Assembly: GCF_009914755.1 (NCBI RefSeq)
Contig: NC_060937.1
Direction: 5' to 3' (one strand)
DNA from: the human T2T-CHM13v2.0 reference genome, Homo sapiens
Length of the DNA stretch: 64,000 nt
Shown here: piece after piece, positions 11,505 to 27,320 of the stretch
Layout: the number at the start of each line of letters is the position of its first letter
How positions within the stretch are numbered: the stretch's first letter is position 1
The notes under the pieces: generated by a model
Databases searched by the model: none
What the model saw: the letters and a program-made list of their open reading frames with translations, nothing else
What the model was told of the DNA's origin: nothing
Position numbers and translations under genes: made by a program

Positions 11505-13990
11505 CTTATTTTTATTGTGAAATAAAGGAGAAATACAGAGAAGCACACAAAACAGATTCATGGCTTCATAAATAAAGGTGAACAACTCTTTAACCACCAC
11601 CACATCAAGAAGTCAAACTTCGCAAGAACTCCCCGAGCCAAACCCCTCCAAATATCCCATACCAATTGCAATTCTCTTTTCCTCCCACCATAAGTAACCA
11701 TTATTCTGGCTTTTACAGTAATTATTTCCTTGCATTCTTCATTCTTTATCACTGAGATGCATCTTTATGTGTTCATGTGCATCCTTAGGCATTAAAGTGT
11801 GGTCTTGCCCCTTCATACATTTTTTATGTCTTTTGTGTTTTCATCTGTAATTTATTTTTGTTATAGTTTATCTGTTGAAAAATCCAAGAGTTTTCCCAAT
11901 CTGAATTTTGCAAATTGCATGTTCAATTGCATATTTCAACTTGTTCTTGTCTTCTGTTTTTCTGAAAACAAGGAGCGAATTAAGATTTGGGTTTAATCCG
12001 TTTGGCATGACTATAGGTAGTGTTGTGTGCTTCCATCAAGAGGTATATAATGTCTGGCTGTCTTTCTTTTTAATGATATTAGCAGCTATTCATGCGAAAT
12101 ACCTATATGTATTCATTCATTAGAGGCTGCAACACAGTGATATGTTAATTCTTTTTTCATCTATGAATTGGAATATGTTTATACAGAGATATTTTCCCTC
12201 ATTTACTATTTGGCTACCTAGTGTTACAGTTCATATAGGAAAGCAGAATACTTCATCCTTTCACTTTATTTATTAGTTTTCAAGATAATGAATTGGTTCC
12301 CTATTGATATGGTTTGGCTGTGTCCCCACCCAAATCTCATCTTGAATTGTAGCTCCCACAATTCCACATGTTGTGGGAAGGATCAGGTGGGAGGTAACTG
12401 AATCATGAGGGCAGGTCTTTCCTGTGCTATTCCTGTAATAGTGAATAAGTCTTATGAGATCTGATGGTTTTATAAAGGGGAGTTTCCCTGCACAAGCTCT
12501 CTTCTCGTCTTCCATGTGAGATGTGCCTTTCACCTTCCACCAGGATGGTGAGGCCTCCTCACCCAGGTGGAATTGTGAACCCATTAAACCTCTTTCTTTT
12601 GTAAATTGTCATCTTGGGTGTGTCTTTATCAGCAGTGTTGAAAACAGACAAATATACTTATCATGCTCTAAAGGCAATCAGCTCTTTTTAAAAAAGTATC
12701 GTTATGAACCATGTATTTAAATATATTTGACAAGTTTCAATCCATTGCAATTATTCTTGTGAATGCCATTCAAATTATTCTGTCCTTAGCTAGTGGGTGC
12801 CTTGTCAATTTGGTTTCTGAGACCCTGGTAGTGTTTGATAGCTACTTTGCCATGGTATGTCAAGCTGTTTGTCTTGTACATTTCCTTCCTTAAGCCTAGA
12901 AATAGAAGTTTCTCCTAGAAGACCTGGTTTCTTTAAATAAGGAATTATTTCAAGAACACAATCCAAGCAATAGGGACAGTCATTACCACTGTGTTGGTCA
13001 TTGTTTCTAGGTGTTTTCAACAGACATAGAGATAGAAAGGGAGAGAAGAGAGTGGTGAGAGAGAGAAACCTCATGAGTTCATATCCAATACTTCCAGTTT
13101 GAATGTAAGACTACAGGACTTTTACTTAGTCTCTAATCTATTACATCTGTATCTTTTTTCTTCCAAACTGAGAATCTTGGTTCTCAAGGACACAGACTAT
13201 GACAGAATTATAATATTCCATAATTACTCATTTGTTTTTTATCTCATATTATACACTTAATAGTCTCAAAATAACAATCCTAATGCTACCACCAACAGAA
13301 GTACTGAAAACACTGTAAAAGGTTTTGCATGTGCTGTCCCCCCGTCCCCATCTTTTTAGTGATTATATACTATTTTCTCTTCCTCTTAGCCTTCATTTAG
13401 TCTTAGTTCTCCTACGAAGTCTCTATTGCAGCTCAGCACAGTCTATAGGCTGTCGTTCTGCTCACCTGTTACCTGAAGCTCATTTTCTAGCAGGCTCTTC
13501 AGGAAGATCTCATAGTCATTGTGCCCTTTTTGCTACAAAGTAAGTTTTTCTGGACACAAAGTGCTTGGCACATACTTTTTTCCCTTGAGAATCTTAATTA
13601 TGTTACCTTATTTTCTTTTAGCCTAATGTATTGCTAATGAAAAAAACTGAAGTTTATCTAATTATGATCTCTTATAAATCATGTGCTCTTTTCCCCTCTA
13701 AATAGTCAAAGGATTTTTAAAAAATTAAAACCCAGTAATTGTGGTAGAGTGTCTTGATATTATAATTCTGGGTTGATCTTTTTAGGTGTATGGAGAACTC
13801 TCTCAATATGTAACTTCTAATCTTTTTTATTTCAGGAAAGTTTTCTTGAATAATAATTTTTAGCATTTCTTCTGGTCCCTGGATTTAGTTTTCTTCCTTT
13901 ATGGCTGTGCTTGTAAGAAATTTTTCTATCTTGAAGTCTGAAAACATTCTGTTTATTTTTGTCAAAGTTGTAATGCTTTGACTTTTACTT
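11505..13990 (-). mobile_element. Old L1M remnant(s), interrupted by a THE1 LTR
   Basis: T-rich degraded antisense L1 (TAACCACCACCACATCAAG, GTAACCATTATTCTGGCTTTT, CAGGAAAGTTTTCTTGAAT). Boundaries are uncertain. Confidence 0.55.
12305..12656 (+). mobile_element. THE1 (MaLR) solo LTR
   Basis: TGATATGGTTTGGCTGTGTCCCCACCCAAATCTCATCTTGAATTGTAGCTCCC...CCATTAAACCTCTTTC. Near-TSD cctat/cttat. Confidence 0.95.
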
Positions 13991-14142
13991 GTATGCTATT
14001 AATATACCTGGGATACTGTGTGTACAAAATTCCTTTCATGAAAACAGGAGAGAAATTTATGTCATTTGGGTATAAAAAAGTTGTACTTCTGAGCAATTGT
14101 TTATTTATATCTCAAGTAATTATGAACTAATCTGATTCATAC

Positions 14143-14202
14143 CTGGTGTCTGATTCCGACATGAGGAATCCAAAGGGTAGCAGTGGTCTTGTAAGATGAT
14201 TA
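14143..14202 (-). other. Candidate 60-nt exon
   Basis: Donor CAG|gtatga, weak acceptor aatacag|, open in two frames. Confidence 0.25.
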
Positions 14203-16287
14203 CTGTATTTCCACACAAAACTGGGTCAAGGAAGTACAAGTGGTTCTTGTGGACCAGATGGGCACCTTCCAGGTGAAGAAATCAGCCACAAAATTTTTCC
14301 AAAGGGGCTGGGACAATGGGACCCCAACAGAAAGAACCCAGGTGAGGCAAACATATCAGTCACCCATGGCTAAATGTTGGCTTAAGTCCTAAGTGGCCAG
14401 TGGGAGAAAGGCCAATCCGAGAATTGTGTCACTGGAGATTCCAGGCAGAGGAACATAAAGAGGTACTTTTAGTGTCAATCAAAGCCCCAAGAATGCCAGT
14501 TCCAGATTGTCAGAGTAGTGACCATGTAAACCTGGGTCTTTTCCCCCAGTCCTTTCTACCTAGTAAGACCCTGGAGGATGAGACACTGTAGGTAGCAGAC
14601 TGGGTGAGGAGCAATAGAGCAAGATATGAAAACAAAAGAGAAGCCAACCCCCACAGGCCTTTCTGCCCATAGCAGGTCTCAGCAGTGGGAAGCAGCTTTA
14701 AATTAGGTAAGATTATGAAGCTATGTGATTATAAATGGTCTGAAAGTTCTGAATATTTAAATGAAACTGTTCTTGTGCCAAAAGGTAACCAGAGGATGTT
14801 TTATTTTAAAATGATTGGAAATACTATGGCACCCACCTGATAAATCATTCAAAGTAGAGAAGAAATATTCCTTGCACATATTTGAAGGAACAACAGAAAG
14901 AAAAAACAAAGCTCTTTTTTTTTTGTTCACCCTATCAAGTTGTTTCCATTCAATAAAATTATTACATCTGGTAAGTAAGTGGATTTATGCTTATATAAAC
15001 TGAAAAAGGCTAGGAAGTACATGGTAAGATCACATGCAAATTTAAACCAAAGCCTTTGCTTACAATTTCCTTGTATTTGATGTCAATAAAACTTTCAAAC
15101 ACCTGAGCACCTCTTCCATGGAGACTTCCCCAGCCACTCTGATCATGACTGTGAGGACTGGATATAAAGCTCTAGGCACATGTTCAGCCCTTAACAAATG
15201 CTGAGTGTTAATTATGCTCTTCTCTGCTCTCACAGCACACTTCATCAGAAGGTGTTTTCCATTACATGAATGTGTCTCTTTTCTTCAATTACTCTCAAAG
15301 TTCCTAGAAATGAAGGACATATCTTATACTTACTTTATGTTCATCAGAATTCTGGTCAGAACGTTGTGCTTAGGACTTTTCAAAAGTAACTGACAACTGA
15401 TCAATAAGTAGAGATAAGTGGAGTGATGGTATCACAATAGGAATGCTCTGGGGCAAGCAAGGAAAGCCTACTAGCAACCCTGAAATCACTCTTTTTGTTA
15501 GCTGGGTGTACTTTTCACTTTTTCTATACTCTCAGATTTCTCATCAATAGAATGTCTATTTTATGTCCTAGAGTCTCCTACCATAAAATACTAGGCCTTT
15601 ACAAATTATATTATTTTGAGTTATCAGACTTTTAGAGTATCTTCTTTGGAATGGTATTCAAGCTCAGGGAGAGCCACATGAACTAACTGGATGATGCATT
15701 GCTCTGTGTAAAGTTTCCTCTAAGCAGTTTAAGAATGTTATGCACCAGACAGGGAAAATAGTTGAAGAAGTAGGACAGAAAGAAGTGTGTATTTTCTGTC
15801 TGGTTTTAAATGTAATTCAACAGGTAGACATTGGATTTCAACATTTTTAAAAAGGTCTCTTGTTTATCCTTGTTTTAAAGATATTTGAAACTACATGCTG
15901 TTTTTTCATACATGTATTTTGTGATCATGTACTATGTTAAGCAGGAGAAAAGGAACCTTTTCTAATGTATTTTTTTATATATAGAATACACTGTTGAAAC
16001 ACTATTAAAATGATTATAGAACATTTCAGTGGCCTTTGGATATATTTAAATTCTTCTAAGTGTCTAGTATAAGCACTATGAGATTAAGGACTGGGCCTGT
16101 TTTAACATTATTTTATAAAAACTTATTTTCCTTTTATTATTCAAGTTATGGTTATCTACCATCCAAACTATTCATGACAAATGAAACACTAACCCCAAAG
16201 AGGGAAAGCAGAACAAATTAAAATGTACCATTTTCTTGATGAAAGAAGATGTTATGTCCAAATTCTGGACATAATAAAAGGAGAACC

Positions 16288-16582
16288 GGGCCGTTTGTGG
16301 CTCACGCCTGTAATCCTAACACTTTAGGAGGCTGAGGCGGGCGGATCACCTGAGGTCAGGAGTTCGAGAACAGCCTGGCCAACATGGTGAAACTCATCTC
16401 TATTAAAAATACAAAAATTAGCCTGGTGTGGTTGTGCATGCCTGTAATCTCAGCTACTCAGGAGGCTGAGGCTGGAAAATCGCTTGAACCCAGGAGACAG
16501 AGGCTGCAGTGAGCCGAGATCATGCCATTGTGCTCCAGTCTGGATGACAAGAGCGAAACTCTGTCTCAAAAAGAAAAAAAAA
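16288..16582 (+). mobile_element. AluS
   Basis: Full dimer with A-tail. TSD AAAAGGAGAACC at 16276-16287 and 16579-16590. Confidence 0.97.
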
Positions 16583-18442
16583 GGAGAACCAAATGGGTTT
16601 TCTTCATTACATAAATCTGAATACGACTGGCCAAAAATAAAAGCAAAAGTGAAAAAAGCACTGACTGGAAATTTTAGCCCCAAGTCTTCCTTTAAACTTA
16701 ATATTGATGATTTCAAAGTTTAGAAGAGTTACATACAAATATTCTTGAACTATAACAATTTCAAATTGATACAATTAAGTAAAATATATTTTGTATTTTA
16801 AGTTTTACCACAGAGAATCAAAGGCAATCAATTAAAGATAAAATTGTATTTTAGTAACTTAAAAATACAACTTCCAGGAGCAGATGAGAAAGAAAAACAT
16901 CAATTAATTGTTTTGATTTTCAAAATAACTTAATTATATTAATTAGAGATATAACAAAGGCCTGCTCCAAAGGAGGAGAAAGTTCTTAGAACATATTGGT
17001 TGTTTTGCACCAAGGTCAACTTTATTTTGAACATAAAAAACTTACATTCTTTCTCTTACCACAAAAGCTGAAGTAAATATGTTCTAGCCCTCAAATGTGA
17101 CTATTGGTGTTTTGGGGATAAAGGGAACTTTGCCCCCTTATTGATGGCTTCTTGTTTCTTTACAATAATCCCATTCAGGGAAATAAAAGGCACATTTGTT
17201 TTACTGATTCCATCTAAGCATATTATACAAGGCGAGATGGCAGTCCGAAAATCTATACTTAAATTATTGGAATGGAAGAGGACTGAGTGATCCCTTATAG
17301 AACACACAGAGGTCAGGCTTACACCCCAGTTGGTCCTCATCATGATCTGGAATAAGAGCATCAGTGATTTGGGGGACATGAATAGAGCTGGGTTATGGGA
17401 AAGCTACTCTAGATGTGACATTCCATTTTCCGTGTGTGCATGTAAATAAATTAAATATATAGGATTGTCAATCCTCAGTGATACAGTTAAGAGTACTGAA
17501 GACTCAAAGGTGGAAAATAAAATGGTAAAATGGTGAAGCAAAACAGAAATGGCAAATAAGACAACTAAATTGTGCTGGCCATTATTTAACATGCCATTAC
17601 ATCATACGTATTTTTAAAGCCAGGAATTTATGAAATTTAGTGTAACATCATTTGGACTGTTTTATCATCAATAACTGTAAGAAACTTTTTAATTGTTCCA
17701 AACTGCATTTGTTTATTCTATAAGTTAGGAAAATGAAAACTAATAAAAAATAATAAAGAAAACGAAGCTTAGGAAATAAGAGTATTTGATTCTGAAATAT
17801 ATTTTCCCATCATGGGAGAGTCTCCTGAATCTGAGAATGTTGTAATATTACTCAGTCTATATTTACTGCATAATGATTATGCTGTCTTGGTAGGATAAAA
17901 ATTAGATAAACATTAGGGATGTATATGAGAGGTGACAATAAAAACTGAAGTCAATGTCTTATATTCAAGGGATTTATAACTCTCTCTGGGCTAGCACAAT
18001 CTGAAAAGCAGAATTAAAAGGGAAAAACTGGTAGATACCTCTTTTAACGAACACTCAACTGTAAAACCACCTGGTTTTCCTCTTTAAAGAAAGAAGAAAT
18101 TGCTTCTGCCAGCTTACTGAACAGAACTTCCCTGTGATGTCTGATAACAGCCTATACTCCAATCTCTGTAAAAGTCACACTAATTATTAATACACTGGAG
18201 CAGAGTTCAGGTTCCATTTTGTCATACAGTCTTAGTGAAACTGCCTCATTATATTGTTCTATTGGTTTGTTAGTAACAAAATTCCCTTGCTATTCATATT
18301 AGAGCTGCTTTAAATTTTATTCCACATTAAATAAACTTTTTAATCAGATTTTCTTTTAGGTTATTTTATCATAGTAAAAATTTTATTTTAGGTTACAAAA
18401 ACAATTTCAGGATTCATTAAATAGCAGCAAGAGAGCAAATAC

Positions 18443-18526
18443 CACGACTTGAGCACTACAGATGAGTAAACTTCCAGAACAGTTCTGACCACGGCTTTCA
18501 ATAAAATGAACAAGTTGTTTACATAG
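18443..18526 (-). other. Candidate 84-nt exon
   Basis: Acceptor cctttctcacag|, donor GTG|gtattt, open in two frames (e.g. YVNNLFILLKAVVRTVLEVYSSVVLKS). Confidence 0.25.
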
Positions 18527-18749
18527 CTGTGAGAAAGGTTATTGTTTCATTGGTTTTGCGTCCTAGTGCAGCATTCAGCATTTAGTGGGAGTCCAATCAG
18601 TGTTTACTGAATAAAACAAACTAAGTGATGAGCAGAAATCTGGAAATGTTGTGGTTTCCGAAATACTGCTGCTACGCAGACAAGTTATGACTAACATTCC
18701 CCCTTGAAGTTAAAACTGTTTGTATAAATAATTTTAAAAACAATAAAGA

Positions 18750-18940
18750 ACCCACTATGTATCAGACATTTTACAAACAATCTTATTAAAACCCAATCTT
18801 GGCAAGTAGGTATCTTATTTGACACTTTAGGGAAACTGAGGCTCAGAAAAGTTAAATAACGCTCAATTACACCCATGCAGAAAGTGAGGGGTCTTGGATT
18901 AAGTCCTGATCATTCGATCTTTCTACAGTACACTCACAGA
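18750..18940 (-). mobile_element. MIR
   Basis: GGGAAACTGAGGCTCAGAAAAGTTAAATAAC core. Confidence 0.75.
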
Positions 18941-19479
18941 CCTGTGGGCAATGTTTTATATAATTATTCCTTGAAATTACGGTAAAAAATCAAATCCACT
19001 CTCGGGCTTGGCCGGGAAGTGTATATTTCTTTACTGGCATAAAAAAAAAATTAAAAAACCAACAAGGAAAAGAAAAGAAAAGATGTATTTCTTCTTGCCT
19101 GACTAGAACATATGCTTGTATTTTAAGAGTACCAAAGGTGACAGACTGAATTTACAGCTACAGCATAGTCATGTTTAGCTCGCCTGGAAACAGAACTACC
19201 CTGATCTCTCAGCAAAAGGAACAGAGGGTGCTTCCCCATACAGAAGACAGAGTCAGGCCAACTCTAAAGAGAACTAGGGCATTGCCTAGGAACCCATCTG
19301 TGGCAAGGGGGTACCACTGCCAGGAGGCCCCACAAACACCTCTGGAATTAAGACGGAAAGTCACTTCCATGTCTTCTGTGTTGTTTCTGATGTTTAGAAA
19401 CAAAAAGTATTGACACTAGTTCAGAAAAATGAGCCTATCTTTATTAGCATAAAGACTCTCAGATTACGAGGATTTAAAA

Positions 19480-21420
<1,941 letters not shown>

Positions 21421-21450
21421 GATAAAAAGACCTGTCACCCTTTTAAACTA

Positions 21451-21997
21451 TAGTAGTTCCCCCTTAGCTTCAGGGGAAATGTTCCAAGAACCTAGTGGAT
21501 GCCTGAACCTCAGAGAGTACCCTACCCTAAATATATTATGCACGAATTTCTTTTTCTTTCTTCATAATTTCACAGATAGAAGACTGATTCTTACCAACCA
21601 CTTGGTTCCTAGTGACCTTAGGTGATTCCTTAAGTCGAGAACTTTCACCTTCCACTTAAAGGAAGCACATTAAGGCTTCTTTTGGCATATCCAAATTGCC
21701 AGTATCACTACTATTGGGCCTTGGAGACATTATTAAGGAAAATATAGGTTATTTGAATCCAAGCTCAGTGATATGGTGATAGTTGATAACTGTGATAGTG
21801 GATGCTGAACAAAGGGAGGATACACGTTCTGGGAGGCACAGAGAGAGGCAGCATGAGATTTCATCACACTACTTAGAACTTCTAGCAATTTAAAATTTAT
21901 ATTTCTGAAATTTTCCATTAAATATTTTTGGACCTCGGTTGACAGTTGGTAACTGAAACTATGGAAAGCAATACCATGTATAAAGGGGATTCCTATA
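21451..21997 (-). mobile_element. MER44-type (TcMar-Tigger) non-autonomous DNA transposon
   Basis: TIR-like ends TAGTAGTTCCCCCTTA... and ...TAAAGGGGATTCCTATA. Internal TTTTCCATTAAATATTTTTGGACCTCGGTTGAC. Confidence 0.75.
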
Positions 21998-23769
21998 CAA
22001 GGATGTTTGATGAGTGCAGACACAAATAGATTCGATGGTGGGAATACACAAAAATTCTTGGCTTATGCTCACAATTCTTTTTTCAATAAAGTGTAAGGCA
22101 AAGTCATTAGTTGAGGAAGTTGATAATTTGAGGAAGGAAAAGAATGAGATATTTGGATTACAGAAGGAAAGGGCAAAGTCAGTAAAGCAAAGGAGTAGGA
22201 GAGCTGATCAATATGCAGAGCCAATTTAGGTGTGAGATCACACTAGTCCACCCAACAGTTAACAGGCTGAGCCCAAGCTCAGAAAAGATAAATGCATGCA
22301 GGAGTTCATCCATGGTTTGAGTTTTGCCAGGGAAGTGCTAAAAGTGAGGGATAAGAGTTGAGGATATTTGCAAAGGAGTCAATGCCACTATTTCTGAATA
22401 TATGTGTACTCTTTGAACTGTGAAGGGCTATGTTACTGTAACTTTATAGTATAATGGTAGCAAAATGAAGCAATCCCTCAATTTAAGGTTGGTTATATAC
22501 GATGTAGAGAAAGATGGGAAAGTCGAAAAAAAAAAGTAAGCAACTAAATGGGATATAGCCAAAGCTGAAGTATGCAATGATGAAATAAACTGATTCCATA
22601 TTCCACACATTTGATTTTAGGGTCTAAAAGCTATTTTGCAATCTTCCAGATCACTCTTTGAAGACCTATTACAGCTTCAGCTCTGACCTCTTTCACGTGT
22701 TTTCTAGTATCTTCCAACATTTTCCCCTTTTCTTCCCCTTTGGATATCCTGCCTCCTTCTTGCCCTATTTCTGACCAATCTTGAATGATATTGCAATATC
22801 TCCCTAACTTTTACATAAACAGGTGCCATAGTACTCCTCACGTCACAGCAGCGTTTTTTCCAGTACCAACTACCCAGACTATCAAACGGTTTTAGCAAAA
22901 AACAATGAAATACACTTATTTGGCAATTTCGGACAATCTTTCTTATATCCTCCGGCCCACTGCTGTTTCTTTCAAAATATCTACTTAAAAGCCTGTATTC
23001 CTTTCCCTCTGGCTTTTACAAGGATTGTTTTTATATAGGCCCTGGACTGCAAAGAGCTTTGAAATCCAGATAAAAGTGTTTACCAAGGCTGAAGAAATTT
23101 TCCAGGAGAACTGAGCACTTTGCACAGATGACATTTTTGGAATTAGTTTAAAATTAAACGGAGCGGATGCAGATTCATACAGATTTTATTTCTGCAACAC
23201 ACTTGGTTGTTTCCTTGCAGCATCTAAAAACAAAGCCAATGCACTTTCAGAAACTACTATGGTCCTCCAAAATTCAAAAGTGAAAAAATGACAAAATTTT
23301 TCTTTGTAACACATCTGCACAAGAGGCTTTCCTTTAAAATTTGATAAAAGACCAAGGCCACACCACAAAACACAGAATATAAAACTGTGTATCGACAAAA
23401 ATTAAAAACTAAGACAACTCCTTAAGAGAATCGCTTGCTAAAAAGTTTAAAAAACACGAAGACATGCTTTCTTAAATAATTTGAAAATGTTTTTGGTTCC
23501 ACACGAGTAGTCTATTTGTTTGCGTGCCTTTTTTATTCCTTGTGACACCCCTACCTTCTCAGAATAAACACTGAAAGATGAACAGACCGGGGGATCAAGC
23601 CGGTTCACTAAGATTTAGAGGGGAAGGCTGGGTCCATCTTAGCACTGAGACCGCACCCAGACTGCATTTGGATCGCTAAGGACTAAGAAAACAGTACAGA
23701 TCCAGTTTTACCTCTTATACCATTAATTTTCCATAAAGCCTTCCAGAAACCTGACTCACAGCCAGAAAC

Positions 23770-24400
23770 CCAAACCCCGTGGGCGGGATTTAAAACAAAA
23801 CCCATTACGCCACCATTTCCGCCTTGCCTGCCTAGCAAACGTGCAAACATTGAAAAAGACGCACACGCAGACCGCGCCTACGTCCCCAAAGTGCGCAAGC
23901 GCACGGCGAGACCCCGCCCCTCGCCCTCCCACCAAGACGAGGCGCGCGCACCAGCAACCAGGGCCCGCTGGCGCCGCCCCGGGTTTCCGCTCCGGGGCTC
24001 GTCGGTCGCCGTTCGGTTCCGGTTCTGGCCCCGCCCTCACGCGGGAACCCTCCAGAAGTCTTAATATCCGGGACCAGAGGCTGGTTGCAGCGCACATTTC
24101 CGGCAACGAGCGCAAAGGAAGGGATCCGGTGACGCCTCTTCCCGTCTCCCCAGCGGCCCAGGCTCTGGCTCTCGGTGCGGCAGCGCCATCTGGTGCCGAG
24201 TCTCCCGCCACCCGCGGAGGTGGCACGCGCCCTTCTCTCGGAACCTTCCAGAGAAACCGTGGCCCCTGCTTTCCTTTCTCCCGCCCTGGACGGGGAGGGA
24301 CCCGAGTCTCCGCCCCGCCGAGTTCCCGCGCGGGAGGGACTTTGTGGCGACTCTGAAGCGGAAGCTTCCTGTAGGAGGAGCTTTACAAACCCAAAATGGA
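23770..24400. promoter_or_regulatory. CpG-island promoter, possibly bidirectional
   Basis: The only GC/CpG-dense block. NRF1-like TGCGCAAGCGCA at 23892-23903, GC boxes CCCCGCCC, ETS ATTTCCGG at 24096-24103, half-CRE TGACG ~24130, and a minus-strand donor GCT|gtgagt at 23760/23759. Confidence 0.88.
24181..24199 (-). promoter_or_regulatory. CTCF motif
   Basis: The minus strand reads GGCACCAGATGGCGCTG, close to the CCASYAGRKGGCRS consensus. Confidence 0.65.
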
Positions 24401-24992
24401 GCGGAAACTGTTCTTTCTCTAGTTTTAAGTCCAGAAGAAACGGCGTCCTTTTATTTTTTGCTTCCTTATGCGTTGTTGCTGGGTCATTCTCAGTCTTCCC
24501 CGTATCAGTTCTTTAATCTTTGAGGACTGGGACCCTGTATTAATTGCCTGGTAGGAAGATGACACGAGCTTTGTGGCTTACATTGGCCTCTGCTGTAAAA
24601 GATTTTGTTTCCTTTGGCCTATTAAAGCGCTGTTGTAAAAGCCTGCTGTGTATGTTAGGAACCCATCGAGAAGCAGAATGTAGTAATTTGCTTTAAAATA
24701 GGCCATGGAAGTTTCAGAAAGGTAGCCTCAGAAATGCTCAATGTAGATTCGTTTGCATGTCACGTTTCTTTTAGATAATCAGAGAAAGGAAAAGTAATTT
24801 CCCCAAAGTTAGTAAAATCAACACATTTTCCTTTAATAATGTTCTTTTTTTCCTGTAATCTTGGAGTACTGAGTTGTTCTAAATGTTTTATTGGAATGGT
24901 GCTGTGGATATCAAAATATATAATGAAACAAATTTCCTTTAGAGTTTAGATAGCACATATTAACTTGACTCTTTGATTGTATTTCTCCTATA

Positions 24993-25180
24993 GTAATGCT
25001 TCTCAAACTGGAGCATGCATCCGGATTCTCTAGAAGGCTTGTTAAAACAGATTGCTGGGCCTCAACACCAGAGGTTATAACTGGGAGGGAAGGTCTGAGG
25101 ATAACAGCTGGATTAGTGTAGCTCTAGTAAAATCTCAGGTGATTCTGATGCTGTTGGTACTAGGACCACACCTGGAATAA
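24993..25180 (+). mobile_element. MER5A (hAT-Charlie)
   Basis: TTCTCAAACTGGAGCATGCATC...GCTTGTTAAAACAGATTGCTGGGCC...CAGGTGATTCTGATGCTG. Confidence 0.8.
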
Positions 25181-25961
25181 TTTAGAGTTCAGGATTGCTT
25201 TGTCAATAATGCTTTTTGCTGTTGCAGGACAGACGGTACTAAATTATACTGGTGATACTAAGCCTGCACAAGTTAGTAGTCCTTTTGACTCCGTGGATGG
25301 GAAGTAGTAAACTAAACCCTAGAACCAGTAGAGAGCTACATAAATGTTCACAGATTAAAGCAACCAGTTCATAGAAATGTATTCTGTATATGATCATGTG
25401 ATAGAGGGTGCTGTAATACCAAGTATACTAAATATTTCAGTTATTATACAGTAATTGTTCTTTAGCTGTTAAATTAGAAATGACTAAAATTAAGGACAAA
25501 ATAGTTTAAACAATCATACTAATTTTACCCTTTGGAAGATGCCAGGTTTTTTTCAGTCTTTTGCATTTCCTCAAGTTCCCTTGTTTTACGGAATTCTCTA
25601 CCCCCAGCCCACTCCCATCCCTACCGTGCCATTTATAAATGTACACAGTGCTTACATTATAAAAAATGATCATCTCAGAACTTGTCTCATCTTTTCAGCA
25701 GGACTTTTCTCAATTCTGTCAAATTCTGACTGTGCCACTGCCTTTATTGACACAGTAATTAAATCACGCAGTGATTAAAGTGTGCTGCACACTGTAACTT
25801 TTGTGCTTGCTACAAATAGAAATACAGATATTGTTAGATAAGTTTATGTTTATGATAATCAGTTCCTAAAATGTAGAAAGCAGTCGGTTTTCTGGTCTCA
25901 GTTTTATTTAAATCACTGCTATTTTGTTTACTGGATGTAAGCTTCCCCCTCTCTGCTCTAG

Positions 25962-26747
<786 letters not shown>

Positions 26748-26882
26748 GAAAGGTGAATGTTCTTTGCCTTATTTTAAACTTTATTGTAATAAATTCACTA
26801 ATGAAGCAGGCAGAGAAGATGTAAAGGACACTTCATTAGTAATGCTATATTTCATATACCTGCTGTATTTTGGGAGCATTAT

Positions 26883-27320
26883 TGCTATCATTTGGTTTGT
26901 TGGATCCCTCCAAATCTCACGTTGAAATTTGATCCCCAGTGTTGGAGGTGGGGCTTAATGGGAGATGTTTTCAGACATGGGGGTGGATCCCTGACACAGG
27001 GCTTGATGCCCTCCTAGTGATAATGAGTGAGTTTTCTATTAGTTGCTGTCAGAGCTGGTTGTTAAGAGCCTGGCACCTCCCTCCTATCGATTTTCTTGCT
27101 GCTTTGTCTTGCTTCCTCGCTTACCATGTGATCTCTGCACATGCTGGTTCTCCTTCACCTTCACCCACAAGTGGAAACAGCCTGAGGCCCTCACCAGAAA
27201 TAGCTGCTGGTACCATGCTTCTTGTACAGCCTACAGAACTGTGAGCCAAGTAAACCTCTTTTCTTCATAAATTACCCAGCCTCAGGTATTCCTTTATAGA
27301 AAAATAAATGGACTAAGACA
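26883..27320 (+). mobile_element. MST (MaLR) solo LTR
   Basis: CCAAATCTCACGTTGAAATTTGATCCCCAGTGTTGGAGGTGGGGC...AATTACCCAGCCTCAGGTATT...GACTAAGACA. Confidence 0.92.

Noticed and set aside
14215-14800. GC-elevated block, possibly an ancient LTR
   Set aside because: I could not assign a family or function from sequence alone.
22600-23400. Unique-looking block with a ~100-codon stop-free minus-strand stretch
   Set aside because: It has no clear splice boundaries and no recognisable protein. It is probably promoter-flanking or old repeat sequence.
23756-24516. Long ORFs on both strands (156, 171, 113 and 87 aa) at the CpG island
   Set aside because: They are expected from stop-codon depletion in GC-rich DNA. 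The peptides are low-complexity P/A/R/G with no recognisable domain.
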